In this document: piece by piece, positions 10,706 to 20,452 of the stretch | Layout of the letters: the number at the start of each line of letters is the position of its first letter | Position numbering within the stretch: position 1 is the first letter of the stretch | Assembly (NCBI GenBank): GCA_963665275.2 | Contig: CAXXIN010000004.1 | Coordinates: 32,001 to 96,000 of the forward strand | Reading direction: 5' to 3' | Source: Negativicutes bacterium | Lineage (GTDB): Bacteria > Bacillota > Negativicutes > UBA1444 | Length of the DNA: 64,000 nt | Made by a program: the position numbers and the translations under genes | Notes under the pieces: model-generated | Database searches by the model: none | The model's input: only the letters and a program-made list of their open reading frames with translations | Told to the model about the DNA's origin: nothing

Positions 10706-11821
10706 TTACAGCAGCGCTTCCAGCGGGCTATAAGGAAGGTTGAGCGCTTCGGCCACTGCTTTATAAGTCAAATGTCCATCAGTCACATTAATTCCTTTGG
10801 CAAACCCTGCATTTTCCTTCGCCATTGTCTTCCATCCCCGACCCGCAATCTGTAATGCATATTGGATCGTCACGTTGGTCAACGCCAACGTCGAAGTCCG
10901 CGCCACCGCCCCCGGCATATTGGCTACAGCATAATGGATCACGCCATGTTTGGCGAAGGTCGGATTGCTGTGGGTCGTGATATGGTCAGACGTTTCGATG
11001 CAACCGCCCTGATCGATCGCAACATCCACAATGACCGATCCCGGATCCATTTCACGAACCATGTTTTCAGTCACCAATTTGGGAGCTTTGGCTCCATGGA
11101 TGAGAACCGCGCCAATCACCAAATCCGCCTCGCGCACACAGGCTGCAATATTGTAACGGTTCGAGCTGACTGTGGCTACCTGCCCCATGAAGAGATCATC
11201 CAGTTGACGCAGTCGTTCCGCCGAGCTGTCGACAATCGTCACTCGCGCACCCATGCCATGAGCAACCCGGGCTGCATTCGTCCCCACAATGCCGCCACCA
11301 ATAATAACAACGCGCGCCGCAGCTACACCAGGAACCCCTCCCAGCAAAACCCCTTTGCCGCCTTCATGTTTTTCCAGGAAATGCGCACCAACCTGGGTTG
11401 CCATCCGTCCGGCGATTTCACTCATCGGAATGAGCAAAGGCAAGCTACGGTTTGCAGTTTCGATCGTTTCATAAGCGATGCCAGTAACTTTCGCCTTCAG
11501 CAAGGCGTCTGTCAGCTCAGGCTCCGGCGCTAGATGCAGATAAGTGAATAAAATCTGTCCGGCATGGAACAAATCATATTCCGGAGGTAATGGCTCCTTG
11601 ACCTTCATGATCATATCCGACATGTCAAAAAGTTTTCGCTTGTCGTTGATAATTTCAGCGCCAAATCCGACGTAGGCCGCATCGGCAAAACCGCTTCCCA
11701 CCCCTGCACCTGCTTCAACCAGTACCTTGTGTCCTGCGTCGCAGAGTGCTTCCGCGCCTGCCGGGGTCAATGCCACCCGATTCTCATTGTTTTTGATCTC
11801 TTTCGCCACGCCAATAATCAT
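10706..11821 (-). CDS. ald: alanine dehydrogenase
   Basis: [29 protein letters not shown] and HYAVANMPG motifs. Confidence 0.97.
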   Translation of the reverse strand: MIIGVAKEIKNNENRVALTPAGAEALCDAGHKVLVEAGAGVGSGFADAAYVGFGAEIINDKRKLFDMSDMIMKVKEPLPPEYDLFHAGQILFTYLHLAPEPELTDALLKAKVTGIAYETIETANRSLPLLIPMSEIAGRMATQVGAHFLEKHEGGKGVLLGGVPGVAAARVVIIGGGIVGTNAARVAHGMGARVTIVDSSAERLRQLDDLFMGQVATVSSNRYNIAACVREADLVIGAVLIHGAKAPKLVTENMVREMDPGSVIVDVAIDQGGCIETSDHITTHSNPTFAKHGVIHYAVANMPGAVARTSTLALTNVTIQYALQIAGRGWKTMAKENAGFAKGINVTDGHLTYKAVAEALNLPYSPLEALL

Positions 11822-11878
11822 GTTTACTGCCTCCGCTCAATTTATTTGCAAGGAGTTTATCCTTCTCAATAAAGCAAA

Positions 11879-11895
11879 TGCAAAAACCATGCCAA
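11879..11895 (-). promoter_or_regulatory. sigma-54 promoter of ald
   Basis: TTGGCATGGTTTTTGCA, near-consensus -24/-12. Confidence 0.85.
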
Positions 11896-12046
11896 CTTGT
11901 TGAATACAGATCACACATTATGAGAAATATAGATGCAAGGCCAACTATTCAATAGATTCGTGAGTGTCCATCAGCACTCACCCGATTCTCATCAACGCGG
12001 TTATTCGCAGAAGTCAGTCATTACATCTCGCTGCAGATTCAGTAAT

Positions 12047-12107
12047 CGGAAACTTATATTTCCACAAACGCAACAAAATATTTCCACTTTGTATTTAAAA
12101 GTTTCCA
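12047..12107. promoter_or_regulatory. three tandem TyrR-box-like upstream activator sites
   Basis: CGGAAA-N6-TTTCCA (12047), CGCAAC-N6-TTTCCA (12069) and TGTATT-N6-TTTCCA (12090), at 22 and 21 bp spacing. Confidence 0.65.
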
Positions 12108-12117
12108 CAATGCGAAT

Positions 12118-12155
12118 AAAAAATCCTTCTTCAGTTGCCATCATGAAGAAGGATT
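12118..12155 (-). terminator. intrinsic terminator after the EAL-HDOD gene
   Basis: AATCCTTCTTCA/TGAAGAAGGATT stem plus T tract. Confidence 0.85.
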
Positions 12156-12164
12156 GGAAAACCA

Positions 12165-13382
12165 TCAACCCAACAGCACGAATAATCCTTGCGCCCAAGT
12201 TATCGACTGGCGATAAAGTTCCGCAACATCTTTGTCGGCAATTCCCAAGATTTTTGCATTCGCAGCAAATTCGTCCCACTCAGCTTTTTCATAGTGTCGG
12301 GCCATTGCATGCAACGTCCCCAGATCGTTGTCTCCCCTCAGCAATGCGGCAACGATATCCGCTTCCAAAGGCAATTCCCGGAGAATGTCATCCATGGGAC
12401 GGTCCAGCATCGCATCAACCAACGAAAATAAACCTACCAAAAAAGCCTGATCGCTACGTTTCGACCATCCGAGTTGAAAGGCGAGCAGCTCGCCAAACCG
12501 GGCACGAATCAAGGATAAGGTCACCAATTCGTCCGGTTTGTCCTGCGCAATGTTCTGCAGTGCCAACAGTGAAACCCATTTTAATATTTCTTTGCGTCCC
12601 AGCAGTACCAGAGCCTGACGCACCGACGAAATCTTATTGCGCAAACCAAAAAACGTGGAGTTGATGAATTTCAACATTTTAAAAGACAACGCAACATCGC
12701 GCCGGAAAATTTGTTCAAGTTTGTCGATGTCGATTTCCGACCGACTAGCTTCTCGCAGCATATTAAGGTAGTTGACTGTATACCCAGGGATATCCCGACC
12801 CGAAAAGACTTCCGGCCGACCGAAGAAATAGCCTTGAAAATACTCATAACCGTATTCTTTGGCTTGCTTAAAGTCAAAGTAACTTTCAACCTTCTGTGCC
12901 AATAGGGCAACGCCCATTGGTTTAATCCGGCGCGCAATCCGCAGTCGCTCCGACTCCGAAGTTTTCACGAAATCGACTTTAACCATATCGGCCACTTTGA
13001 CAAGTTCTTCCGAACTTTGATAAAAAGCGAAGTCGTCAAGAACTATCATATAGCCTTGTTCTTTGAGTTGCCGGCAGACTGTCAATATTTCCGGATCGAT
13101 TTCGAGCGGTTCCGCCAGCTCAATTGCCAACGATTGGCTCGGCAATATCGTTATGATCTGATGCTTCAGTAATCGTGGACTGAAGTTGATGAAGGCTCTT
13201 TTACCGCCGCTCAAATCATCTACGATTTTTAGAAAGAAGCTGCTGTTAATGACATCCGCAGTTGCCTGATCGGCATCAGAGCCCGGGAAAAAATCATCCG
13301 TCCCATTGCGGAACAACAACTCATAACCGAAAACTTTTTTTTCGACATTGAAAATTGGCTGCCTCGCTACATGAACTTCCAC
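12165..13382 (-). CDS. EAL-HDOD protein (YuxH/PdeH-like)
   Basis: ARQPIF, GYELLFR, LDDF and FQGYFF motifs plus HDOD (DVALSFKMLKFINS, FLVGLFSLVDAML); GTG at 13382 after GGGAGG. Confidence 0.92.
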   Translation of the reverse strand: MEVHVARQPIFNVEKKVFGYELLFRNGTDDFFPGSDADQATADVINSSFFLKIVDDLSGGKRAFINFSPRLLKHQIITILPSQSLAIELAEPLEIDPEILTVCRQLKEQGYMIVLDDFAFYQSSEELVKVADMVKVDFVKTSESERLRIARRIKPMGVALLAQKVESYFDFKQAKEYGYEYFQGYFFGRPEVFSGRDIPGYTVNYLNMLREASRSEIDIDKLEQIFRRDVALSFKMLKFINSTFFGLRNKISSVRQALVLLGRKEILKWVSLLALQNIAQDKPDELVTLSLIRARFGELLAFQLGWSKRSDQAFLVGLFSLVDAMLDRPMDDILRELPLEADIVAALLRGDNDLGTLHAMARHYEKAEWDEFAANAKILGIADKDVAELYRQSITWAQGLFVLLG

Positions 13383-13462
13383 TGACAAACCCCTCCCATG
13401 CATCCGCCCGCATTCCCGGAGCGGTGTATCGTCGGACACAGGCACTTGTTCTCAATTGTTTG

Positions 13463-13490
13463 CTTCGCGCATCAAGCAACCTTTTCCTTC
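13463..13490 (-). promoter_or_regulatory. weak SigH-like promoter candidate
   Basis: GAAGGAAA...GCGAAG (AGGA-N18-GAA). Confidence 0.25.
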
Positions 13491-13593
13491 CTGTATGTTA
13501 AATATGTCAAAAATCCCTTCAGCTTGTCTTCAAACAGCTTCAGGTTAAACAAGCCACACCTCAGACACCTTCACTTCATCGCAACCCTGTACT

Positions 13594-14070
13594 CTAATTG
13601 CGGGTTGACGGATCCGGTGGTCTCTCAATGCGGGCAACTGCCTCTGCCGGAGTCGCCCCAGCATATAACACATCCGCAAAAGAGGGGAAATAGCGGTCAG
13701 TCGTCGAAATATTGACTGCTATCAAAGTTTCCACCATACGCGAGCTCAGCTCGCCACCCTCGACATCAATACTAGTTTTATAGCGGATTTCGCCATCGTT
13801 CATATCAATTTCAAAATTTCCAACATTTAATCCATAATTAATCCTTGCCAGCAGTTCAGTTACCTGCAGCAATTGCGATTCTGGCGTGCGAACCGGAATC
13901 ATGGTGTAAAACACAAAGATTTCATGTTCTTCGTTAACACGGCCAAAACATTCATAACGCGCATTTTTTCCTGTAAAGCTGAACCGAATGGCGGACTCTC
14001 CAGGAATGGCTTCATAACGCCAATTGTCCTCCTGCAAAAAAGCGACTACAGAATCAAATACCCGTCCCAC
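13594..14070 (-). CDS. YbjN domain protein
   Basis: ELLARINYGLNVGNFEIDMNDGEIRYK motif; strong RBS. Confidence 0.85.
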   Translation of the reverse strand: MGRVFDSVVAFLQEDNWRYEAIPGESAIRFSFTGKNARYECFGRVNEEHEIFVFYTMIPVRTPESQLLQVTELLARINYGLNVGNFEIDMNDGEIRYKTSIDVEGGELSSRMVETLIAVNISTTDRYFPSFADVLYAGATPAEAVARIERPPDPSTRN

Positions 14071-14222
14071 GGCAACTCCTCCTCCATCGCGATTTCACAG
14101 CAATACCATGTATTATTTTAGCATTATGACACTCTGCCTGCAAACGCAGGTTGCTTCAATAATTAATTTTAACGGATTAATCGCTCCCCAAACAAGTCGC
14201 AGGATAATAAAGATATGGTAAA

Positions 14223-15374
14223 ATGGAAAAACATATTGGAAAGGGTGCGATCCATTTACTGATGAACAAGAGAATCCTTTTTATAATCTCCGATACCGGC
14301 GGCGGTCATCGAAGTGCAGCCAACGCCATCGTCGCGGCTTTATCGGCAGCCGGCGCCGACGTTACTTGCGAAATGGTCGATTTATTACGGGCGAGCGGAC
14401 TGCCAGGAATCCGCAATGCACCGGAATTATATGCGTTTTTTTCAGCCGGTCATATCTGGCTCCACAATTTTTTGTTCCGTCTCTTCAACAGTCCCAGGAT
14501 CATGGATATGGCATCCAGTCTTTCCTATCGGTTTGCAAGAAACCGAATTCGCCAAATAGTTAATGCTTTTAATCCGGACCTTGTTGTCGTAATCCATCCT
14601 CTGGCGGTCAGACCCATGTGTACGTTCCGCGATGAAACCGGCGCATCTTGGCCGGTCATCACGGTAGTTACCGACTTGATCAGTGTGCACGCCTCCTGGT
14701 TGTCACCTCGCGCCGACCTTTATTTGCTGCCGACGCCTGAATCAGTTACGCTTGCCAAAAAACACGGCGTTCCCGCCGCAAAGGCTAAGTTGTCCGGGTT
14801 TCCCGTGCATCCCCGCTTCTTCTTGCCGTTGCCGGATCGTGAAACGACACGCGCCGAACTGGGCATTCCCGTCGATCGTTTCACCGTGCTCCTCACTAGC
14901 GGCGGCGCCGGTGGTGGGCAAGTTGCAGCACTGGTCCATGAGCTGGAAAGAAAATGTCCCGATTGCACCTTATTAGTGGTCACCGGACGCAATTCAACCC
15001 TCCACCGCATACTTTGCGACCGAATTTCCGCTCCTCACCATACTTACGTTTATGGATTTGTTGACCATATGGAGCAGCTGATGACCGCTTGTGACGTTGT
15101 GGTCACCAAGGCAGGACCAGGCACTATCATGGAAGCTGCCACCCTGCGGCGACCCCTCGTTATCACCGGCGCCGTCGGTCTCCAGGAAGAGGGGAACATC
15201 CAATTTGTGCTTGAATCTGGGATTGGCAGCCTTTGCAGGACGCCAAGGTCGGTTGCACAAAAAGTCATCAGCCTGATAGAAAAAACTCCTCCACTAAGGT
15301 TGTCCGGCAATTATCCTGATGCGGGCACCCGGAATATTGCTGAAATACTTCGATCTATGACAAATCCTAACTGA
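14223..15374 (+). CDS. MGDG synthase/UgtP-family glycosyltransferase (GT28)
   Basis: DTGGGHRSAA, TVVTD, GFPVHPRF, TKAGPGTIMEA and QEEGN motifs; alternative start at 14262. Confidence 0.9.
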   Translation: MEKHIGKGAIHLLMNKRILFIISDTGGGHRSAANAIVAALSAAGADVTCEMVDLLRASGLPGIRNAPELYAFFSAGHIWLHNFLFRLFNSPRIMDMASSLSYRFARNRIRQIVNAFNPDLVVVIHPLAVRPMCTFRDETGASWPVITVVTDLISVHASWLSPRADLYLLPTPESVTLAKKHGVPAAKAKLSGFPVHPRFFLPLPDRETTRAELGIPVDRFTVLLTSGGAGGGQVAALVHELERKCPDCTLLVVTGRNSTLHRILCDRISAPHHTYVYGFVDHMEQLMTACDVVVTKAGPGTIMEAATLRRPLVITGAVGLQEEGNIQFVLESGIGSLCRTPRSVAQKVISLIEKTPPLRLSGNYPDAGTRNIAEILRSMTNPN

Positions 15375-15948
15375 GCCGTGCTTGGGGCACCCAGCCTTTT
15401 CCAAGCATGTGAACCATGACACGAGCGGCGTTGACCGCATCATCCATTGCCAAGTGAGACATGCCGTAACGCTCCACCCCGGTTTCATCAACAGCTTGTT
15501 GCAGTCCAATAGAACGATCACGGCCATAAAACAGTTTGTATTCAAGCGCTAGATCCAGGTAGTCCGCCCAATCGAACGGACAAGGAATTTTGTAACGCCG
15601 GCAGGCATAATCAATCACTTTCTGGTCGGAATCACCCCAGCATGCTATCCACGTGGAACCAGGAACATAAGCCTTCGCCATCTGCGAAAGCAGTTCAGCG
15701 AACCCAATTCCGCCGTCAACGTCTTTTTGGTATATCATGGTTATATTGGTGCATTCCTGCTTGATTCGCGGGAAATGCAGCGGCAAAACAAAGGTCTGGA
15801 TAACGGGAGTTTCGATATAGTCCGGCGGCAATAGTCTAACAGCCCCCGCCTCAATAACTTCAGGGAAAAAAGCCCGAGGTCTTCCCGGTCCTGCGTCATG
15901 AACCGTAAATTCAAAATCGGCCACCAGCAATGTACGGTTAAAATTCAA
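15367..15948 (-). CDS. DEDDh 3'-5' exonuclease (KapD-like)
   Basis: DFEFT, EVIEAGAV, WGDSD and HLAMDDA motifs. Confidence 0.88.
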   Translation of the reverse strand: MNFNRTLLVADFEFTVHDAGPGRPRAFFPEVIEAGAVRLLPPDYIETPVIQTFVLPLHFPRIKQECTNITMIYQKDVDGGIGFAELLSQMAKAYVPGSTWIACWGDSDQKVIDYACRRYKIPCPFDWADYLDLALEYKLFYGRDRSIGLQQAVDETGVERYGMSHLAMDDAVNAARVMVHMLGKGWVPQARLS

Positions 15949-16021
15949 AATCGAACCACCCCTTCAAATTTTTCGCTCGCTATTGTTAGGTTGATGAATC
16001 AGCGCTTTGTTCTTACAGTTC

Positions 16022-16049
16022 ATTCTTTCCCGCTGCTCTGTATTCCTGC
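16022..16049 (-). promoter_or_regulatory. SigH-like promoter upstream of the kapD-like gene
   Basis: GCAGGAATA...AAGAAT (AGGA-N18-GAAT). Confidence 0.4.
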
Positions 16050-16088
16050 AAACCGCTCACAACAGTCTTCGGATATACCGATTCAAAC

Positions 16089-16139
16089 AAATAAAAGAAC
16101 GCTTCCCTTTCTAAAAGATAAGGGAGCGTTCTTTTATTT
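16089..16139. terminator. intrinsic terminator closing the polysaccharide locus (bidirectional shape)
   Basis: AATAAAAGAACGCTTCCCTT...AAGGGAGCGTTCTTTTATT. Confidence 0.85.
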
Positions 16140-16230
16140 CGAGTGTTTATTGCACTAATTGGGGCATCCAGGAAGTGCAATAAGACTCTCCATTGAGGGT
16201 GAGTTTAGTCTTCCGGTAGTGTAAAAAGGC

Positions 16231-17658
16231 TTATTTTGTTACCGATACACCACTAGTTACTGATCCCATCGACACTCCATTGAGGATCGGCTGGACAATC
16301 GTGATATTTTGCACAGCCTTATTGGAAGCTACATAAAACGCCCCCGTCATATTTCCGCTAGTTCTGGTAACGGTTGGATTGTTGAGGTGAACGTTTCCAA
16401 GAACTGTGGAGTCATAGTTATAGATAGCCATCCCTTCGGAATTTCCTGCATTTACAACTGTGGAATTATTGACCGTGGTACTGAATCCACGGTAATCCAC
16501 TCCAACAATTTGCAATCCATTGGTCTTGCTGTTCGTCCAGGTTGAGTTGTTAATTTCAACTTTTCCCGGAATTGCACCCAATCCGCCGGAAACATCCAAT
16601 CCAATATTACTGCCATTATCTTGATGGTTGTTTACCGTAATGCTAATTGGAGTTGTAGTTCCAACAAGAGCACCAAGGCTCAGACTGATTCCCGATCCTA
16701 AGTTTCCAGATGTTACCGCATCCGTAATTACAATATTTTGTAGAACATCCGTGGGATCATTCGGCTCGACATCGATACCCGCTTGCGGAGCCGTCCCGTT
16801 CGTATTCGTCAATTTGGGACGAATAATCGAGATATTCTGACCGGAAATCACGGATATCCCTTGCCGCCGGTTGTTGTCAGCCGAGACATCAACCAACTGA
16901 ATATTAGTGGAGTGTTTCGTACTATCGCCCCATCCGGGACCATCGTCAATGATAAACCCATCACCCCACATATTGTTGGCTGCGGTTCCCGTCACCGTGA
17001 CTTGATCGGAGCCGAGGATAGCTACGCCAAATCCAGATTCGCCACCAGTAGCCTTATGCGTGTAACGGTCTCCTAACAGGATCCCGCTATTCACCTTGAC
17101 GTTGCTGACTCCGCCTAGATTCAATACCGCATAAAGATCCGAAGCGTTAGGAATTACCTGAAGAATAGTTGACGGAGTCATTTGAAGAGTTACATTGTTC
17201 TTCAGCTGAATTGTCTTCAGAGCGTCAATTGCATACGTCCCAGCAGGAATAACGACTGTTCCGCCTGCGGTAGACAACGAATTTATAGCCGCTTGGATAG
17301 CCGCAGTATCATTGGTTGTACCATTACCTGTTGCACCAAAATTTCTGACATCGACAACAGTTCCGGTTGTTGTCGTCGGCGTCGTTGTTGTCGGTGTCGT
17401 TGTTGTCGGTGTCGTTGTTGTTGTTGTCGTCGGTGTCGGTGTCGTTGTTGTTGTTGTCGTCGGTGTGTAACGGGGGGTAAAGTACTTCGACCAAGAATAT
17501 CGACTATAAGCTTCCGCTTTTCCATAACCCGTCAACAGGTTCTGCGGTTGTCCCAACCCAAAAACTCCGGCTGAAAAAAGTGGAATGCTGAGCGCAAGAG
17601 ACAAGCCCAAGATACGTTGTAATCTTGAATGTTTGTGTTTTTTTATACTTATTGTCAA
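16231..17658 (-). CDS. secreted right-handed beta-helix protein (pectate lyase 3/GH28-like) with Thr/Pro linker
   Basis: long signal-like N-terminus ending AEA, T/P stalk, DVRNFGATGNGTTNDTAAIQAAI, NNRRQGIS and PQAGIDVEP. Confidence 0.85.
   Translation of the reverse strand: MTISIKKHKHSRLQRILGLSLALSIPLFSAGVFGLGQPQNLLTGYGKAEAYSRYSWSKYFTPRYTPTTTTTTTPTPTTTTTTTPTTTTPTTTTPTTTTGTVVDVRNFGATGNGTTNDTAAIQAAINSLSTAGGTVVIPAGTYAIDALKTIQLKNNVTLQMTPSTILQVIPNASDLYAVLNLGGVSNVKVNSGILLGDRYTHKATGGESGFGVAILGSDQVTVTGTAANNMWGDGFIIDDGPGWGDSTKHSTNIQLVDVSADNNRRQGISVISGQNISIIRPKLTNTNGTAPQAGIDVEPNDPTDVLQNIVITDAVTSGNLGSGISLSLGALVGTTTPISITVNNHQDNGSNIGLDVSGGLGAIPGKVEINNSTWTNSKTNGLQIVGVDYRGFSTTVNNSTVVNAGNSEGMAIYNYDSTVLGNVHLNNPTVTRTSGNMTGAFYVASNKAVQNITIVQPILNGVSMGSVTSGVSVTK
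17366..17466. repeat. coding tandem repeat encoding (P)TTTT
   Basis: two exact 30-bp units at 17405-17464, preceded by 15-bp units. Confidence 0.9.
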
Positions 17659-18212
17659 CTAATTATACCCTCTTTCTTTTTTTGTTTTTCCTACATTCTT
17701 CCTAAAACAAAATTATTCTTCCTGTTTTTTTGTTTTTTCTCGATCTCCCTCCCTTTTCATTTTAGTCCCATTGTCAAAATAGTTGTCGGCGAAACATGAA
17801 AAAAAGTTAAGCTCATAAATTTTAGATAATAGTGTGATTAATGCCATTTTTGGTGCAATGTGACAACAACTTGACGATTACTTCAAAAATTTCGTCATTA
17901 TTCGGGACCAGTGTATAGCTTGCCTTAATTATAGACTATTGTCAATGGAAATTACCTGATGCTTACAGCTCATATTTCCACAAGACTTTAGTCCTTTCTT
18001 TTATTGGGACCATTAAAAAAACACAAAAATAAATTCGCAACAAAACTGTCACGAATTTATTTTAACCCCATACACGAAATGAAACAACCTATTAAAAATT
18101 GTATAATTATCCTTTATCTTCTATTATTCCCATCTAGAAAAAGACGGATTGCGCATCATTTTGTCGACAAGTATTTTCCCAAATGAGGTTCCTACGCTAA
18201 AGCGCCTATTGA

Positions 18213-19283
18213 TCAAACACTAATTAATTGAGGCAATTTAATCCTATTCTCTAATTCCTCCAAAGCACTCTTATCACATGTCAACCCCTTGTACCATTTG
18301 ATGTACTCGACGAAACCTTTTTCCAGCGGATATTTCGGATTATAGCCGATAAGTTCTTTAGCCTTATCGACTGATAGTGTGCCACGAGCTGGCATCAGTT
18401 CATCCCGTGGATTTTTTTTCATAATTACTCCAGGAAAATGTTCTTTCAAAATTTCCACCATCTGGGCTACCGTCCGTGCCTCGCCATAAGTCAAATTAAA
18501 TATTTGATTGAGAGCTTTCTCATTTTCCAGCACATTCATCAATCCAGAAACTAAATCGTCGATGTACGTGAAGTCCAAACGATCAGATCCATCACCATTA
18601 ATCGACACTTCCAAGCCTTGAATCGCATTTTCAATCAGCGCCTGCCCTACCCGACGACTTACACAACGCGGTCCATAAAGAGCCGAGGGCCGAACAATCG
18701 TGTATGGCAATTTGAAAACCTGATTATAAGCTATAACGTACTTTTCACCACCAAATTTCAAAGATCCATAAATCCCGAGAGGTTCACATTGAGTTTCCTC
18801 TGTCACTACTGCGGTTTTGAAATTTCCATACACCATACTAGATGACAGATAAACAAAATGCTGCAATTTAAGCACGCGCGCGATCTCCAAAGCATTCGCC
18901 AACGTCCGGAAGCTATGATCAAAAGTAGCATACGGGTCCTTATTGGAACGATTGGCATGGGCTACCGCAGCCATTTGAACAATGGAATCCACCTCTAGAT
19001 TCGCGATGATATTGTATAAACTATCATAGTCACGCGCATCAGCAACAGTCAAGGAGATCTCTTTTTCTCTCATGAGATTAAGGCGTTGTTCGATCATATC
19101 CACACAAAGTTGCGCATTAGGGAGTGAGTCCATATTTTTTTTGATACTGTATAAATTATTAACAGACAAACTATCGACGACCAAAGGTTCGGCGCCCACT
19201 TCTTTGAGCCGTAAGGCCAAATGATGTCCAATGAAGCCAGCTCCCCCTATTATTGCGATTCTACGCCCTTTAAACTCTTTCAT
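18213..19283 (-). CDS. NAD-dependent epimerase/dehydratase (extended SDR)
   Basis: GGAGFIG, SSSMVYG, YGSLK and DFTYIDD motifs. Confidence 0.92.
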   Translation of the reverse strand: MKEFKGRRIAIIGGAGFIGHHLALRLKEVGAEPLVVDSLSVNNLYSIKKNMDSLPNAQLCVDMIEQRLNLMREKEISLTVADARDYDSLYNIIANLEVDSIVQMAAVAHANRSNKDPYATFDHSFRTLANALEIARVLKLQHFVYLSSSMVYGNFKTAVVTEETQCEPLGIYGSLKFGGEKYVIAYNQVFKLPYTIVRPSALYGPRCVSRRVGQALIENAIQGLEVSINGDGSDRLDFTYIDDLVSGLMNVLENEKALNQIFNLTYGEARTVAQMVEILKEHFPGVIMKKNPRDELMPARGTLSVDKAKELIGYNPKYPLEKGFVEYIKWYKGLTCDKSALEELENRIKLPQLISV

Positions 19284-19441
19284 TCATCTTCACCTCTTAA
19301 ATTTATTGAACTTTTACACACTAATCCGACCATTCGGCGTAACAAGCGGTCCCCTTCGGATAAAATCGGCTCAAATGGCGGGCCTCCACAGCGAAGAATA
19401 TTCGTTGGGAATTGCAGTGGAGAAATGTGGCAAGATACCAT
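19280..19441 (-). CDS. possible 53-aa ORF coupled to the SDR gene
   Basis: GAAGGGGG RBS, ATG at 19441, TGA overlapping the next ATG (ATGA). Confidence 0.3.
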   Translation of the reverse strand: MVSCHISPLQFPTNILRCGGPPFEPILSEGDRLLRRMVGLVCKSSINLRGEDE

Positions 19442-19536
19442 CTTAAATTTCCCCCTTCGTTTTTGTGAAATAGTTCTGGTCAGGCTTGATTATGGAATGC
19501 CATGACGAGGCTGGGCGCTGGACTCAATTCGACCAA

Positions 19537-20193
19537 TCACTTACGAGAGCTCTGCCTTATGCCCAAATTTCGCTCGCCACCGACCCTTCCAACATATTCC
19601 TGAATTTTTTTGTACCAGGGCATCCCCCAATTATCCATAATCTTGACATTGATACTTTTCCTTATGGTCAACCAAAGGATGCATAAATCAAGTTTTAAGC
19701 TTTTATTATCGACGTACCATACGTCAAGCCGTTCATTTTCGGCCCTGGATAGGCCAATGCTGTCATTGATCTGCGCCCAGCCCGTAATGCCTGGTTTGAC
19801 ATGAAAACGACGAACCTGCTCAATATCGCAATTCACAAGATATTCACGCGTACTCAGGGTGGGACCAACAAAGCTCATTTCACCAAACAGAATATTTAGC
19901 AATTGGGGTAATTTATGCAACTTTGAGCGCTGTAAAAAGCTAACCAGTTGTTCAACCTTGTTCGAATTTGGCAGCAATTTCAAGGATATCTCGCCTTTAT
20001 CGTGATGTGTACGAAACTCATAAAGATAAAAGAGTCTTCCTTGACGCCCTGGACTTAGAGATTTCGAAACTATCGGGAATCCAAAATGACACCCAATGAT
20101 GATGGACAAGATTAAAAAGACTGGAGCCAGTGCTAACAAGAAAAGGGTTGCCATCATCAAATCCATGGCTCGTTTCATGAGTTTCACCCCCAC
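19537..20193 (-). CDS. degenerate monotopic phosphoglycosyltransferase homologue (Bac_transf)
   Basis: KRAMDL, GEMSFVGP, VKPGITGWAQIN and LDVWYV retained; DELPQ changed to HKLPQ. Confidence 0.85.
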   Translation of the reverse strand: MGVKLMKRAMDLMMATLFLLALAPVFLILSIIIGCHFGFPIVSKSLSPGRQGRLFYLYEFRTHHDKGEISLKLLPNSNKVEQLVSFLQRSKLHKLPQLLNILFGEMSFVGPTLSTREYLVNCDIEQVRRFHVKPGITGWAQINDSIGLSRAENERLDVWYVDNKSLKLDLCILWLTIRKSINVKIMDNWGMPWYKKIQEYVGRVGGERNLGIRQSSRK

Positions 20194-20452
20194 CCTTCCT
20201 TATTTGCCTGCACCACCTATTAATGCAAACACGAATTAACCAGTCCTTAGCGAAGTTTTATAGGTTCTCAAAAAAACCATTTCCTTTACTTTGATTGTAA
20301 TCAAGTTGTTTCCAGCTGTCATTATTGATTTGTATAATAATAACCCCAAAACAAACTGCAAATATTGTCAATTGTAATGAGTTTTATTAATTCAAAACAA
20401 CGTGGCTAATATCGCGATCTAAAAGGTTTGTTGAATACAACCAATCCATCTA

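Noticed and set aside
16170-16215. Imperfect hairpin GGAAG...CTTCC after the beta-helix gene as an ncRNA
   Set aside because: Short and mismatched, with no known motif; probably 3' UTR structure before the terminator.
17366-17466. GTT/GTC repeat as CRISPR or non-coding satellite
   Set aside because: No spacers; it lies in frame and encodes the T/P linker. The Cys/Arg- and Gln/Arg-rich ORFs in other frames are by-products.
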